From: Candidatus Zambryskibacteria bacterium RIFOXYD1_FULL_40_13
GTDB lineage: Bacteria; Patescibacteriota; Minisyncoccia; Phycocordibacterales; DATDWN01
Direction of reading: 5' to 3'
NCBI GenBank assembly: GCA_001824295.1
Contig: MHWY01000003.1
Location: 1-59,065, forward strand
DNA: 59,065 bases
Shown here: positions 47,872 through 57,446 of the stretch, in pieces
Layout: each line of letters starts with the position of its first letter
Numbering within the stretch: position 1 is the stretch's first letter
The notes under the pieces: model-generated
Seen by the model: the letters and a program-made list of their open reading frames with translations, nothing else
Told to the model about the DNA's origin: nothing
Databases searched by the model: none
Translations under genes and position numbers: made by a program

Positions 47872-48744
47872 ATGCTTCCAAATAGGTCAATCTCACATGA
47901 AGAGTTTCTAAAGAGAAAAAGAAGAAGAAAGCTTTGGAAATTTGGTGTTGCTATTTTTTTGGTTCTACTTCTCCTAGGACTTGTTTCCTACGCTTCACAC
48001 AGACGAGAAATTCGTATATCAAAGATAGAGTTAAATGGTGGCATTCTCGTAACACAGGAGGACCTTGAGCCAAAGGCACTTGAATTCATGTATGGCTCGC
48101 ACCTCTGGTTATTTCCAAGAAATAATGCTCTCTGGTATCCGCATGGGGAACTTGAAAAATATCTGAGAGATACTTTCAAAAGAATTGATAGGATAGATAT
48201 AAGTCGTAAAAACTTCAATACACTTGTTGTGGATATAAAGGAACGCAAGCCGTTTGCTATGTGGTGTGAGAAAAACAATTCTTCTGTAGGGCTTTCTACA
48301 ACCACACCGGTTACAATAGAAACAGAGGCCTGTTATTTTATTGATCAGAACAGCACAATCTTTGCCAAGGCTCCGCATTTTTCTGGTGACGCTTACTTCA
48401 AATATTATGGACTTGTCGCTTCATCTACCACAGAGACACCGATTGGCAAAGAATATATAGCTGATGCCACCTTGTTTAGTGATATTTCCAATTTTGTTAC
48501 AAAGGCCAAAGAGCTTGAGGTAAGACCCTTATATGTTTTAGCAAAAGAGAACGATGAGTTTTCGCTTATTCTTCATGGTGGTGGGGAAATATATTTTGAC
48601 CTGAAGAAACCACTTTCACTCGTTGGTCAGAACCTGGAGGCGCTTTTGCGTACTACATTTGCAAGTAGTACGGGAGATTTGAAGATTGAGTATATCGACC
48701 TGCGCTATGGGAACAAACTTTTTTACAAGCTTAAAAATAACTAA
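47872..48744 (+). CDS. FtsQ/DivIB-like cell division protein
   Basis: Basic N-terminus, TM, POTRA-like region, 'ERKPFAMW', C-terminal 'EYIDLRYGNK'. Confidence 0.7.
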   Translation: MLPNRSISHEEFLKRKRRRKLWKFGVAIFLVLLLLGLVSYASHRREIRISKIELNGGILVTQEDLEPKALEFMYGSHLWLFPRNNALWYPHGELEKYLRDTFKRIDRIDISRKNFNTLVVDIKERKPFAMWCEKNNSSVGLSTTTPVTIETEACYFIDQNSTIFAKAPHFSGDAYFKYYGLVASSTTETPIGKEYIADATLFSDISNFVTKAKELEVRPLYVLAKENDEFSLILHGGGEIYFDLKKPLSLVGQNLEALLRTTFASSTGDLKIEYIDLRYGNKLFYKLKNN

Positions 48745-48745
48745 C

Positions 48746-48846
48746 TTACCCCATCTGCGTTGTTGCTGTTCACATTTGCGCGTTCACCGTACGTCTAGTA
48801 CGGCTCACTTGCAAATGCTCCAGCGCCTAGCATCTGGGGCAATTTA
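48746..48846 (+). repeat. 101-bp hairpin element, copy 2
   Basis: Two mismatches relative to 11853-11953. Confidence 0.9.
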
Positions 48847-48897
48847 GTTATTTTAAGGAAAGGTGACTTTTTGGGGTAATTACAGTAATCTAACGAT

Positions 48898-49899
48898 ATG
48901 AACTTTTGGCAGAAATTAAAGAAACCAATAATGGTTCTAGCTCCTATGGCGGATGTGACCGATCCCGCTTTTCGTCGTGTTATTGCTAAATATGGAAAAC
49001 CAGATGTTTTGTGGACGGAGTTTGTTTCAGCAGATGGACTGTTCTTGGGGGGATATGATGCTCTTATAAAAGACTTAGCTTTTAGTAGAGAAGAGCGTCC
49101 TATCGTGGCTCAATTTTTCACAAGCAAACCCGAGATAATGGAGAAGGCATCAAGACTTGCTGTGGAACTTGGTTTTGACGGTGTAGATATAAATATGGGT
49201 TGTCCAGACAAAAGTATAGAAAAGCAAAATGCTGGAGCAAAACTTATGACCGACCCCAAACTTGCTCAGGAAATTATTTTGTCTGCTATGAAAGGGGCCC
49301 GTCGTCCAGGTGGACAGGACGGGCAGGCGGGGGATTTGCCTGTCAGTGTCAAAACAAGAATTGGTTGGAATAAAAACGAATTGGAAACATGGCTTCCTGT
49401 TTTGCTCGAAACAAACCCTGCTGTTATCACTGTTCATGCTCGTACTCGCAAAGAAATGTCTCTTGTTCCAGCTAGATGGGAACATGTGAAGAGGGCAGTG
49501 GAGATACGCGACAGTTTTGTTGATTCAAGTGGTGAGAAAAGCAAAACATTAATTTTTGGAAATGGTGATGTAAAAGATTTAGATGATGCCAGAAAGAAAG
49601 TTGCGGAAACTGGTTGTGATGGAGTAATGTTCGGCCGTGCCATTTTTGGAAATCCCTGGTTCTTTAATCCAAGGGTTCCCCTTGGACAGATTACGGTTGG
49701 GGAGAAGTTGGGAGTTTTGGTTGAGCATACAAAGTTATTTGAGGAATTATTGCCACACAAGAGCTTCGCAATAATGAAAAAGCACTACAAGGCTTACGCT
49801 GCTGGGTTTGACGGGTCAAAGGAACTAAGAATGAAACTAATGGAAGCGAGAGACGCTAACGAAGTTCAAGAAATAGTAAATCAATATCTAACCCGATAG
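48898..49899 (+). CDS. tRNA-dihydrouridine synthase with 10-aa palindromic insert
   Basis: LAPMADVTD..FR, DINMGCP, VSVKTRIG, TVHART, GNGDV, DGVMFGR. Confidence 0.93.
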   Translation: MNFWQKLKKPIMVLAPMADVTDPAFRRVIAKYGKPDVLWTEFVSADGLFLGGYDALIKDLAFSREERPIVAQFFTSKPEIMEKASRLAVELGFDGVDINMGCPDKSIEKQNAGAKLMTDPKLAQEIILSAMKGARRPGGQDGQAGDLPVSVKTRIGWNKNELETWLPVLLETNPAVITVHARTRKEMSLVPARWEHVKRAVEIRDSFVDSSGEKSKTLIFGNGDVKDLDDARKKVAETGCDGVMFGRAIFGNPWFFNPRVPLGQITVGEKLGVLVEHTKLFEELLPHKSFAIMKKHYKAYAAGFDGSKELRMKLMEARDANEVQEIVNQYLTR

Positions 49900-50019
49900 T
49901 GAATTTTGACATCGGACACTGTCCTGCTCTGAAAGAGCAATGTCAAAATCTACTACTGGGTAGATAATGGCTTAAAATAAGGGTATTTTTTTAATACACA
50001 AAACACGGGTCAAAATTGC

Positions 50020-50048
50020 TTGACTTATTTTTTATACTATGCTATGAT
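50020..50048 (+). promoter_or_regulatory. Sigma70 promoter (extended -10)
   Basis: TTGACT-17-TATGAT with TG. Confidence 0.7.
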
Positions 50049-50055
50049 TATAAAT

Positions 50056-50520
50056 GGAGATGGGCACTGCGTACCCTTTCTGCTATTCTAGGCCCGAAAG
50101 CAGACAGGCGCCGTACCCGGGCCCGTCTTCTTCTCATCACTGGTCCGTTATGTGGCGTACCACGGCTCGAGGCACGGGCACTGGGCGCCGCCCGGACTTA
50201 ACCAAAGCAGTGAGTTAATTCATTGCGCTTGGAAGGACAGCATGCCGAAGATATGACCGGTAGCGAGGGCCGTAAGCCTCGCCTCGGTCTGGACCCCGAG
50301 ATTTAATTTCACCTTTGGTCCAGAGGCAAGCATTTTGGTTCGGTGCCGACGAAGCTCCGCTCAGTCGAGCGCGGGCAACTGCACCGGACAAGTTCTTTCG
50401 GGGGTGGGGCGTTAGTCGCCCACTGTTCTCCCACAGCCATCAGCTGTGCGATCCGAACACCGGGTGAAGCGACACCCACCCCCGACGTCCCGAGTCTACA
50501 TTGTAGGTCCGGGCGTTTTT
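50056..50520 (+). ncRNA. Candidate ~465-nt structured ncRNA upstream of dnaX
   Basis: GC-rich, many stems, no convincing ORF, promoter before, terminator at 50486-50520. Confidence 0.45.
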
Positions 50521-50551
50521 CGTATTTAAAAAATCTGCTATACTAGCAATT

Positions 50552-51580
50552 ATGAGTGAGGCACTATATAGAAAATACCGACCCCACAAATTCTCCGAGG
50601 TAATCGGTCAGGACCATGTTGTCAAAGTGCTTGAAGCCGAAATTAAGTCTGGAGAAATTTCTCACGCCTATCTCTTTGCTGGAACGCGCGGAACAGGCAA
50701 GACTTCTGTGGCCAGAATTTTTGCTTCTGAAATTGGTACGACACCAAATGATATTTATGAAATAGATTCTGCTTCAAATACGAGTGTAGATGATATCCGT
50801 GCTTTGAATGAATCCGTATTTACACTGCCTTTTGAATCAAAATACAAAGTTTACATATTGGACGAGGTTCACATGCTTTCCAAGTCTGCCTCAAACGCAC
50901 TACTTAAGACCTTGGAAGAGCCACCTGCACATGTGGTCTTTATTCTAGCTACAACAGAGACACACAAGATACCAGAGACGGTCTTGTCTCGTTGCGAGGT
51001 GTACACATTCAAAAAACCAAGTCAGGAGGTTTTGAAAAAGATGTCTGTCTCTATTGCAAAGAAAGAAGGTTTTGCGCTAGATGACTCGTCTGCAGAACTT
51101 ATCGCTATCTTAGGTGACGGTTCTTTCCGTGATACGCAGGGGATTATCCAAAAAGTTTTAGCTTATTCCAAGGACTCTAAAATTTCAGAGGAAGAGGTTC
51201 GTCTAGTTACAGGTTCGCCGTCTGTAGAGCTTGTTCACGAGATTGTGTCCTCTATTGCAGAAAAGAATCTAGCCCAGGGTTTTCAGGGTGTAAAGAAAGC
51301 GGTGGAGAAAAATATAGACATGGCAGTATTTCTCAAGCTTGTACTTCATACCATGCGAGCAGTCATGCTTGTTCGTTTTGGAGCAGGGGATTTAGTCCAA
51401 GACGACTTGTCGGAGAAGGAGTACGCCTTTGTCGGTGGTTTGGCCAAGACGGATAACCCAGTTTTTTCTTCCCAAACATTGGTTGAGCTCTTGACTGCAT
51501 ACGAGAGAACGACGGGAGCATATATTCCACAGTTGCCACTTGAACTTGCTTTGGTAAAAATAATAAGCGAGGGGGAATAA
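50552..51580 (+). CDS. dnaX: DNA polymerase III gamma/tau subunit (short)
   Basis: LYRKYRP, GTRGTGKTS, ILDEVHML, NALLKTLEEPP, SRC. Confidence 0.95.
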   Translation: MSEALYRKYRPHKFSEVIGQDHVVKVLEAEIKSGEISHAYLFAGTRGTGKTSVARIFASEIGTTPNDIYEIDSASNTSVDDIRALNESVFTLPFESKYKVYILDEVHMLSKSASNALLKTLEEPPAHVVFILATTETHKIPETVLSRCEVYTFKKPSQEVLKKMSVSIAKKEGFALDDSSAELIAILGDGSFRDTQGIIQKVLAYSKDSKISEEEVRLVTGSPSVELVHEIVSSIAEKNLAQGFQGVKKAVEKNIDMAVFLKLVLHTMRAVMLVRFGAGDLVQDDLSEKEYAFVGGLAKTDNPVFSSQTLVELLTAYERTTGAYIPQLPLELALVKIISEGE

Positions 51581-51582
51581 TT

Positions 51583-52479
51583 TTATTTCAACAGGCTGAG
51601 ATTATTTTTGTGAATAATCAGTGTGTCGTGTGCCCTCCACTCCTTTTCTTTTATTATATTTGGTTTGTATTCTTTCCAAGTTGGGTTTCCTTTCTTGTCT
51701 TTTTCTGGTCGCATGAAAACATATCCGAGTTTTAGAGTAATACCAATAACCGGAGTGGAATCCCACGGAGTTTCCCAGCCAGGCTGGAGCATAAGGGCTG
51801 TTATTTCTTTTTTCCATAACCTTGCCGTCCATGTGCCGATAGAGGAGCCCATTACCTCATGATTCTTAAACTTTCTTACTAGGGTCTGGGTCAGAGGAGA
51901 GTGGCTATCTATAGGGTTTCGTAGTAGGCATTGTGAGTCGGAAAGTTTTTTCAGCTTTAGTCCTGGTTCAAGTTGTTCAAAGGCATCCAGTCTGGTAATA
52001 CGGAATACTTTGTCTGAACCTGGTCTGTATCCGTAGACTTCATCTGTATTAATATCACCGATGTAGGCAGAAATAATTTCACCCTTATCTACCATAGCGA
52101 CCATTGTCGCTACACCATGAGACTGTCTTCTGACATAGGCTTTGGTTCCGTCCAGTGGGTCAACAGTGAAATAGGTTGTACACTTGCCACTGGCTTTTAT
52201 TGTCAGAGAATCTTCCTCGGCTATTACACCGCAGAGAGGGAAGCATTCCTTGAATGTTCGCAAATAAATATCTTGAGCTTTTTTGTCGGCAGAAGTGAAA
52301 ACATCATCCATTGTTCCACTGTAGCTTTCCTTGGTGTGCGCTTCAAAAATAGTTGTCTCGTTTCTTATAACCACCCCAGCTCTTCGGACAGTCTCCTTCA
52401 AAACCCTACCAATAACATGACCGTTGATGGAACCAACATTTACACTATTTGCTTTGTCATTTTTCTCAAGCTTTATCAT
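51583..52479 (-). CDS. Inositol monophosphatase/CysQ family phosphatase
   Basis: T.AD, AEE, VDPLDGT, WD motifs. Confidence 0.85.
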   Translation of the reverse strand: MIKLEKNDKANSVNVGSINGHVIGRVLKETVRRAGVVIRNETTIFEAHTKESYSGTMDDVFTSADKKAQDIYLRTFKECFPLCGVIAEEDSLTIKASGKCTTYFTVDPLDGTKAYVRRQSHGVATMVAMVDKGEIISAYIGDINTDEVYGYRPGSDKVFRITRLDAFEQLEPGLKLKKLSDSQCLLRNPIDSHSPLTQTLVRKFKNHEVMGSSIGTWTARLWKKEITALMLQPGWETPWDSTPVIGITLKLGYVFMRPEKDKKGNPTWKEYKPNIIKEKEWRAHDTLIIHKNNLSLLK

Positions 52480-52533
52480 ATTTTAAATATAACAAAAAAT
52501 AGAAAAAATTTCTGTATAAACGAGAAAGCCGTA

Positions 52534-52562
52534 AATTTGTCAACCTGGCAGGTTGACAAATT
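52534..52562. repeat. REP-like palindrome
   Basis: aatttgtcaacctggcaggttgacaaatt. Confidence 0.8.
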
Positions 52563-52604
52563 AGAAAAGGAAAGACTTTGCGCCTCTATTATCCGAGTCT
52601 GTTT

Positions 52605-53012
52605 TTAACATTCATCTAGAAAGTTTCTTGCTTTCAATAAAGTATCTCGACGCAGATCAGTAATTTTAAGTTTCAGTGCGTCGTCGACGGTGAACCAACC
52701 ATAACCCTTACCCTCATGTTGAACAAGCTGTTGTGATTTATCATACTTTTCAATAAAATTGTGTGTGACTATCTTACTATCACCATCTATAAATTCATTG
52801 GTTACCAAAAGTACAGGGTTTTTAACTTTGTATTCAAGCTCTTCAACCAGCTCTCTCTCTAAAGCATCTTTTGGCGTTTCATCGTTTTCCATATGCCCAC
52901 CAAAACAGCCCCAATATCCAGCATAATATTTCTCATCATTTCCACGTTGTTGCATCAATATTTTTTTATTGTCATCATATAAAATGACAACAGCTATTCC
53001 GATTAACTTCAT
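52605..53012 (-). CDS. NUDIX hydrolase
   Basis: GGHMENDETPKDALERELVEEL Nudix box. Confidence 0.92.
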   Translation of the reverse strand: MKLIGIAVVILYDDNKKILMQQRGNDEKYYAGYWGCFGGHMENDETPKDALERELVEELEYKVKNPVLLVTNEFIDGDSKIVTHNFIEKYDKSQQLVQHEGKGYGWFTVDDALKLKITDLRRDTLLKARNFLDEC

Positions 53013-53124
53013 ACTGTAAATATAGCAAAAAATAGAAAAAAATTCTGCAAACTTGTTTGGGGTGGGATAAAGCGAAACCGCGACGGGGTTGCCGTCGCGG
53101 CTGGTTTGTGTACTGCGGTTCTAT

Positions 53125-53880
53125 CTAGAACCGCTTGAGGGTCATGCGGACCTCCCAGCTTCCGGATTCCGCCGGCTTCAGCCAGGTGCCATTCTGAGCG
53201 CCGAACGACCCCGGGCTTCCGAAGACGGGCTCAACGCACACATACTTGGCCGGCTGGTCCGACCAAAGTACGATGTGCGTACAGGAGTCGGGGAGGTCGA
53301 ACTGGATTCTCCCGATTCCTGCAAGTTCCACCACCAACTCCCCAGTACGCTTAAAGGTGTGAGCGTTTGCGGAGATGTTTAGTATCTCCCCTCTGCAGGG
53401 GATTGCTCTGGCGATGTCCCTGCCGTTCATATTCATCCAGAACCCTTTGGAGGGCACCTGAAAGTACGGGTGGAACGCTGGCAGAATCGGTGTTAGCTGG
53501 TTCCCTGAGTTCCACATACTCAGGGTTGTCGTGAGACAGTCATCCTTGACTGTCACCCTGACTTCGGTGGGTAGGTCCAGAGCCGGCATCGGGGCATTAC
53601 GACTAAGGTCGAGTGTCCCGAAGACAGCAGTGTCGCCGCTTATCCACGACGGCAACACGAGGCTCCGAAGCTTACCGTGCTTCGGCTGGTCCTTGGCGTA
53701 GGCCGGTGGTGGTGGGCCGTAGTTCGGCGCACACCAATGGCATTCGCCTCGGAATACCACTCTCTCTCCGACACGCTCGTAGCGTGCCGGACCGAGAATG
53801 AAGTGCTCTTCGTTCTGCCAGGCGTTCACTGAACCGCTTGGGGTTACCTGCACCGCGTTGTTTCCGCTTCTAATCCACAT
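53125..53880 (-). CDS. Aldose 1-epimerase / galactose mutarotase-like protein (GC-rich cassette)
   Basis: RG..H.CAP.YG, KHG.LR, AFHPYF, VCVEP; GGGAG SD. Confidence 0.8.
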   Translation of the reverse strand: MWIRSGNNAVQVTPSGSVNAWQNEEHFILGPARYERVGERVVFRGECHWCAPNYGPPPPAYAKDQPKHGKLRSLVLPSWISGDTAVFGTLDLSRNAPMPALDLPTEVRVTVKDDCLTTTLSMWNSGNQLTPILPAFHPYFQVPSKGFWMNMNGRDIARAIPCRGEILNISANAHTFKRTGELVVELAGIGRIQFDLPDSCTHIVLWSDQPAKYVCVEPVFGSPGSFGAQNGTWLKPAESGSWEVRMTLKRF

Positions 53881-54002
53881 CTTCTGTCTCCCTTCTGTTT
53901 GGTGTTTCTGGTATCAAACTACAACATTTTTTCCAGTTTAGCAAGAAGGGATAAAGATACTACTGGTCAATGATTAAAAAAAATGATATAAAGTCTAAGT
54001 AT

Positions 54003-54062
54003 TGGGAGATCGCCCGTCTCGACTCGGCCAAGCTCGCGAGCCGAGGTGGATCTAACGGTAGG
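54003..54062 (+). pseudogene. Duplicated 5' fragment of tRNA-Gln split by a 38-bp hairpin insert
   Basis: tgggagatcg-[54013-54050]-tctaacggtagg equals the first 22 nt of tRNA-Gln. Confidence 0.7.
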
Positions 54063-54080
54063 GTATTTGAAAATAAATTT

Positions 54081-54151
54081 TGGGAGATCGTCTAACGGTA
54101 GGACAGAGGCCTTTGAAGCCTTTAATTGGGGTTCGATTCCCTGTCTCCCAG
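54081..54151 (+). tRNA. tRNA-Gln(TTG)
   Basis: TGGGAGA...TCTCCCAG; GAGGC-CTTTGAA-GCCTT. Confidence 0.93.
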
Positions 54152-54324
54152 CAAAGCAGAGCGAAGCGAAAGCTTTGCTGGGAGAAGCAAATTGAAAATT
54201 TGCGTCAGGGAATCGAACGGATTCGCGGTCTACTGACCGAGTACGGTCTGTCGCGAATCCGCGTTTTCACTTTTGATAAGTGTCGACGAATCAAAAGTGA
54301 AAAAGATTACCCCTGTCTCCCAGC
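54152..54324 (+). repeat. tRNA-trailing structured element, scaffold A (Gln)
   Basis: gctgggaga-[hairpin 54186-54205]-cagggaatcgaac; core; direct repeat at 54311-54324. Confidence 0.88.
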
Positions 54325-54402
54325 GGTGTATATAATTTTCAATGAGGGGTGCTAGTCGGCCAGCCAATTTGAGATAAGTTTGGGCTCTAAGAGGAATAAA
54401 AT

Positions 54403-55038
54403 ATGGAAAATCTAATCCTCAATCTTTATGAGAAATTAGGAGAATATTTTACAGGTAGTCAAAAAAAACGACCTGTCTATATTATTCTATTACTCATCTT
54501 TATTACTTTAAACCTTATTTCGTATCGGTGTGAAATCATACTTAGTCCAGAGGGTTTATATTGGGTGTTTAGTAGTCTGGTGCAAGCTTTGCTTGCTTTG
54601 GTTGCGTTAATGGGTGTTGTATCGGTTTTTAAACTCCAAGTCTTGTACAGCCATGAACAGAGAATTCTTGATGAAATCAACGATCCTGACAGAGGTTATT
54701 TTTATTTACTTAATAATAGATACTCGACAATACTATTAATAAAGGTTGCATTAACAAAATATCTTGCTTCCAATATGGTTGGAGAAACGCATTTAGTAGC
54801 AACTATGAGCAAACGAGTTGATGACCTGTTGTTGTCTAAAAAATTAGTGGCTGATTATGCGATAAGATATACTGTATATACATTTGCAGTTGCATTACTG
54901 TCACTTTTATTTTTGATTTTCGTTAAACAAATTTCTGGTTTGTATTTAGGACCAGGTACTCTTTACTTAATGTTTATATTATCGAGCCATTCTTTGTTTC
55001 TAGCAACGAAGGGGGTCGCTTATTCTATTAGAGATTAG
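54403..55038 (+). CDS. Hypothetical 4-TM membrane protein (AT-rich island)
   Basis: GAGGA SD; hydrophobic helices. Confidence 0.7.
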   Translation: MENLILNLYEKLGEYFTGSQKKRPVYIILLLIFITLNLISYRCEIILSPEGLYWVFSSLVQALLALVALMGVVSVFKLQVLYSHEQRILDEINDPDRGYFYLLNNRYSTILLIKVALTKYLASNMVGETHLVATMSKRVDDLLLSKKLVADYAIRYTVYTFAVALLSLLFLIFVKQISGLYLGPGTLYLMFILSSHSLFLATKGVAYSIRD

Positions 55039-55063
55039 AATTTTACAAGTGTTTGAGAAGTAT

Positions 55064-55468
55064 ATGAAAAATGTGATAAAACGAAAACCAGAAATACTCC
55101 TCCCTCTTTCGATTAGGTTTGCAAAGGAATATTTTAATGAGCTTTGCAAAATGCAAGATGATATTATAAATACACAAGAATCGAAAGAACTCACCACAGT
55201 TTATAGAGCCTTATGGACGGCATTAATTATCGAGGTTGCTCGTCTTTTTGATACGCATCACAATGTTATTTCATTCAAGAAAATTCCTAAAATAAAAGCA
55301 GAGATAGACAAATACCACTCGGAAGCCATTATTGGAAAGATTATTGAAACAAGGAAAACTTTCACAGCACACTTTGCTGATGAGGGAAAGGAAATAACTT
55401 CTGCTTCAGAAATATGTCAATCTAAGCTTAGTGAAATCTTAGATGATTTGGATAAGCTCTCCGTCTAA
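55064..55468 (+). CDS. Small HEPN-like protein (AbiU2-like)
   Basis: 'LIIEVARLFD' and 'RKTFTAH' (R...H motif). Confidence 0.55.
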   Translation: MKNVIKRKPEILLPLSIRFAKEYFNELCKMQDDIINTQESKELTTVYRALWTALIIEVARLFDTHHNVISFKKIPKIKAEIDKYHSEAIIGKIIETRKTFTAHFADEGKEITSASEICQSKLSEILDDLDKLSV

Positions 55469-55621
55469 AAGTAAGTATTCCGAGGAGCGTCGAAACGACG
55501 CTCTCTTGTTGTCCAAAAAGTGATTGTGGTGTACCATTTCTAATATTACGAGACCGAGTCGGCCAACCAGTTCGAAATAGGTTTGGAGACTGACGGGCAC
55601 AGACGACCATTTTCCATATTA

Positions 55622-56350
55622 ATGATGAATAGCATGCTTAATTTTTTTAAGAAAAATCCGCATACTCAAGATTTAGAACATATAAAGATTTTTTTGCGTT
55701 CTCATTTGGACCAGCTGACTGAGGCTAAAGATAAAATTTCTCAAAATATTCTTGATGTAACGAAATTCTTTATAGAAGAAAACTTAGATTATTATGAGTC
55801 TATGGACATTCTTATGCGCAAAAATCATTTTAGGGGTTGTATTCCAATGGCACGATCTATCTTTGAAAATTCAATAAATCTCCAATATATATACAAAGAA
55901 AATACAGAACAAAGAGCTAGAAACTTTAAGTTAGCCTCGATGGATTCTTTTCTAAAAAGATGGACAGATTTTAAGGAGTACCCTCACGAAGTCGAGGAAA
56001 TGAAGAAGTATTTTGAAAGTGAGTTAAAGAATTATGTTCCAGATCGAAAGACTATAAAAGAAAAGGCTGAGGAAGTAGGCGTTCACTCAATGTATAGGGA
56101 TATATACAAAAGACTGTCTGAGTATGTCCATTCAGGCTATAAATCAAAAAGAGATTTTGATGATGGTGGGCCGTACTCTACCTATATGAAGAGAATCGTA
56201 TTTTCGGATGCACTCCTGGTTGTTTTAGAATCACTTAGAAAGATTTGTGAGAGATATGATTTTGACGGAGGAGTAATGATCATTGATGATCCTGGTTATA
56301 AAGGAGTTGTATTCTTCGCAACCAATCCAAAAAAACAGGAGAAAATCTAA
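55622..56350 (+). CDS. DUF5677-like (HEPN-related) protein
   Basis: 'ARSIFE..INL.YI' and 'Y.RLSEYVHS'; start codon uncertain. Confidence 0.6.
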   Translation: MMNSMLNFFKKNPHTQDLEHIKIFLRSHLDQLTEAKDKISQNILDVTKFFIEENLDYYESMDILMRKNHFRGCIPMARSIFENSINLQYIYKENTEQRARNFKLASMDSFLKRWTDFKEYPHEVEEMKKYFESELKNYVPDRKTIKEKAEEVGVHSMYRDIYKRLSEYVHSGYKSKRDFDDGGPYSTYMKRIVFSDALLVVLESLRKICERYDFDGGVMIIDDPGYKGVVFFATNPKKQEKI

Positions 56351-56662
56351 CTACATTAAGTAGTGTCGCTTTTGACCTATTCTGAGGAATGTTGAAATGA
56401 TAAGATAAGGATAATCATATAAAGTAATGCTTTTTCACACAAACTTATACGATTTAGTACATGATTTGTTTCAAGTTATAATCTGGGTGTTTGTTCAATT
56501 TTGGCAGATTTGGCTTGTTGTTTTGTTGGTGTGTATAATTGTGTATTTAATTAATCATTTCTCTAAAAAACCAAGACCATGATAATAGTAATTTTTGAAG
56601 TACCTGAGATACTTGTTCCAGCTCATTATAAGTGACAACTTGGTTTGGGGTATAATTACTAA

Positions 56663-57236
56663 CATGAAGGATACATATAGGAATTTTGTAGAATTACATG
56701 AGATTGAAAAAGAAGGTGAAGATTTTCGTATTGAAGCGAGGGATATTGGAAGTAAGGTGTGTGTCATCTCGATTCATGGTGGAAATATAGAGGTAGGTAC
56801 AACTGAAATTGCGAAGCAAATAGCAGGCGAAAGGTTCTCGTTTTATAGTTTTTCTGGATTGAAGAAGTCAGAAGAGGAAAGTGAGACACTTCATATAACA
56901 AGTTCAAATTTTGATGAACCTCAGTGCTGTGATCTGGTTTTTAAAAGTGAAAAAGTTTTGTCTATTCATGGAAAAGGTGAGATGGAGGATTTTGTTATGG
57001 TTGGTGGCCTTGATAATGAGAGTATGAATAAAGTAGTAGATGCATTAAACGATAGTGGTTTCAGAACCCCTCAATCACCAGAAAACGTCAATGGTAATTC
57101 ACCAATGAATATCTGTAATAGGTGTTATTCTAAAAAAGGCGTCCAGTTAGAAATAAGTCGTGGGTTGAGAAATAAACTTCTAAGCAATGAAAGTGAGATG
57201 TTGAAATTTTGTAATTCTATTAGGAATTGCTTTTAG
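56663..57236 (+). CDS. Poly-gamma-glutamate hydrolase family (DUF867/YjqB/PghP-like)
   Basis: D.Y.NF.EL, HGG.IE.GT.EIA, LHITS.NFDEP, SIHG, NICNR, GVQLEISRGLR. Confidence 0.85.
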
Positions 57237-57367
57237 CCAGTTTGGTTTGCATCGCCTGATGAAACTAGCAATCTTAGGTGAGAAGACCGTTAAGGTTCGC
57301 AAAGCCCCTCGTGAAAAAATACCAGAAATTTTGAAATAAATATTGACGGACTATCATTCCTAAAAAC

Positions 57368-57386
57368 GTCAACCTGCCAGGTTGAC
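57368..57386. repeat. REP-like palindrome
   Basis: gtcaacctgccaggttgac. Confidence 0.8.
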
Positions 57387-57446
57387 TAAAACAGGACATT
57401 TTACAACTATTTGTGTGCAAAACGTCATATTGTATAATACGGGCAT

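Noticed and set aside
50225-50250. SRP (4.5S) RNA
   Set aside because: Only a partial resemblance; the conserved helix-8 symmetric loop could not be built.
54080-54355. ORFs over tRNAs and trailers (also 4028-4231, 26072-26446, 27094-27369)
   Set aside because: They run through tRNA genes and hairpin elements.
54311-57236. Intact prophage or integrative element
   Set aside because: No integrase or phage structural genes and no distal att copy beyond 54324.
57256-57316. Hammerhead ribozyme (CTGATGA)
   Set aside because: No correctly placed GAAA after a stem II and no supporting stems.
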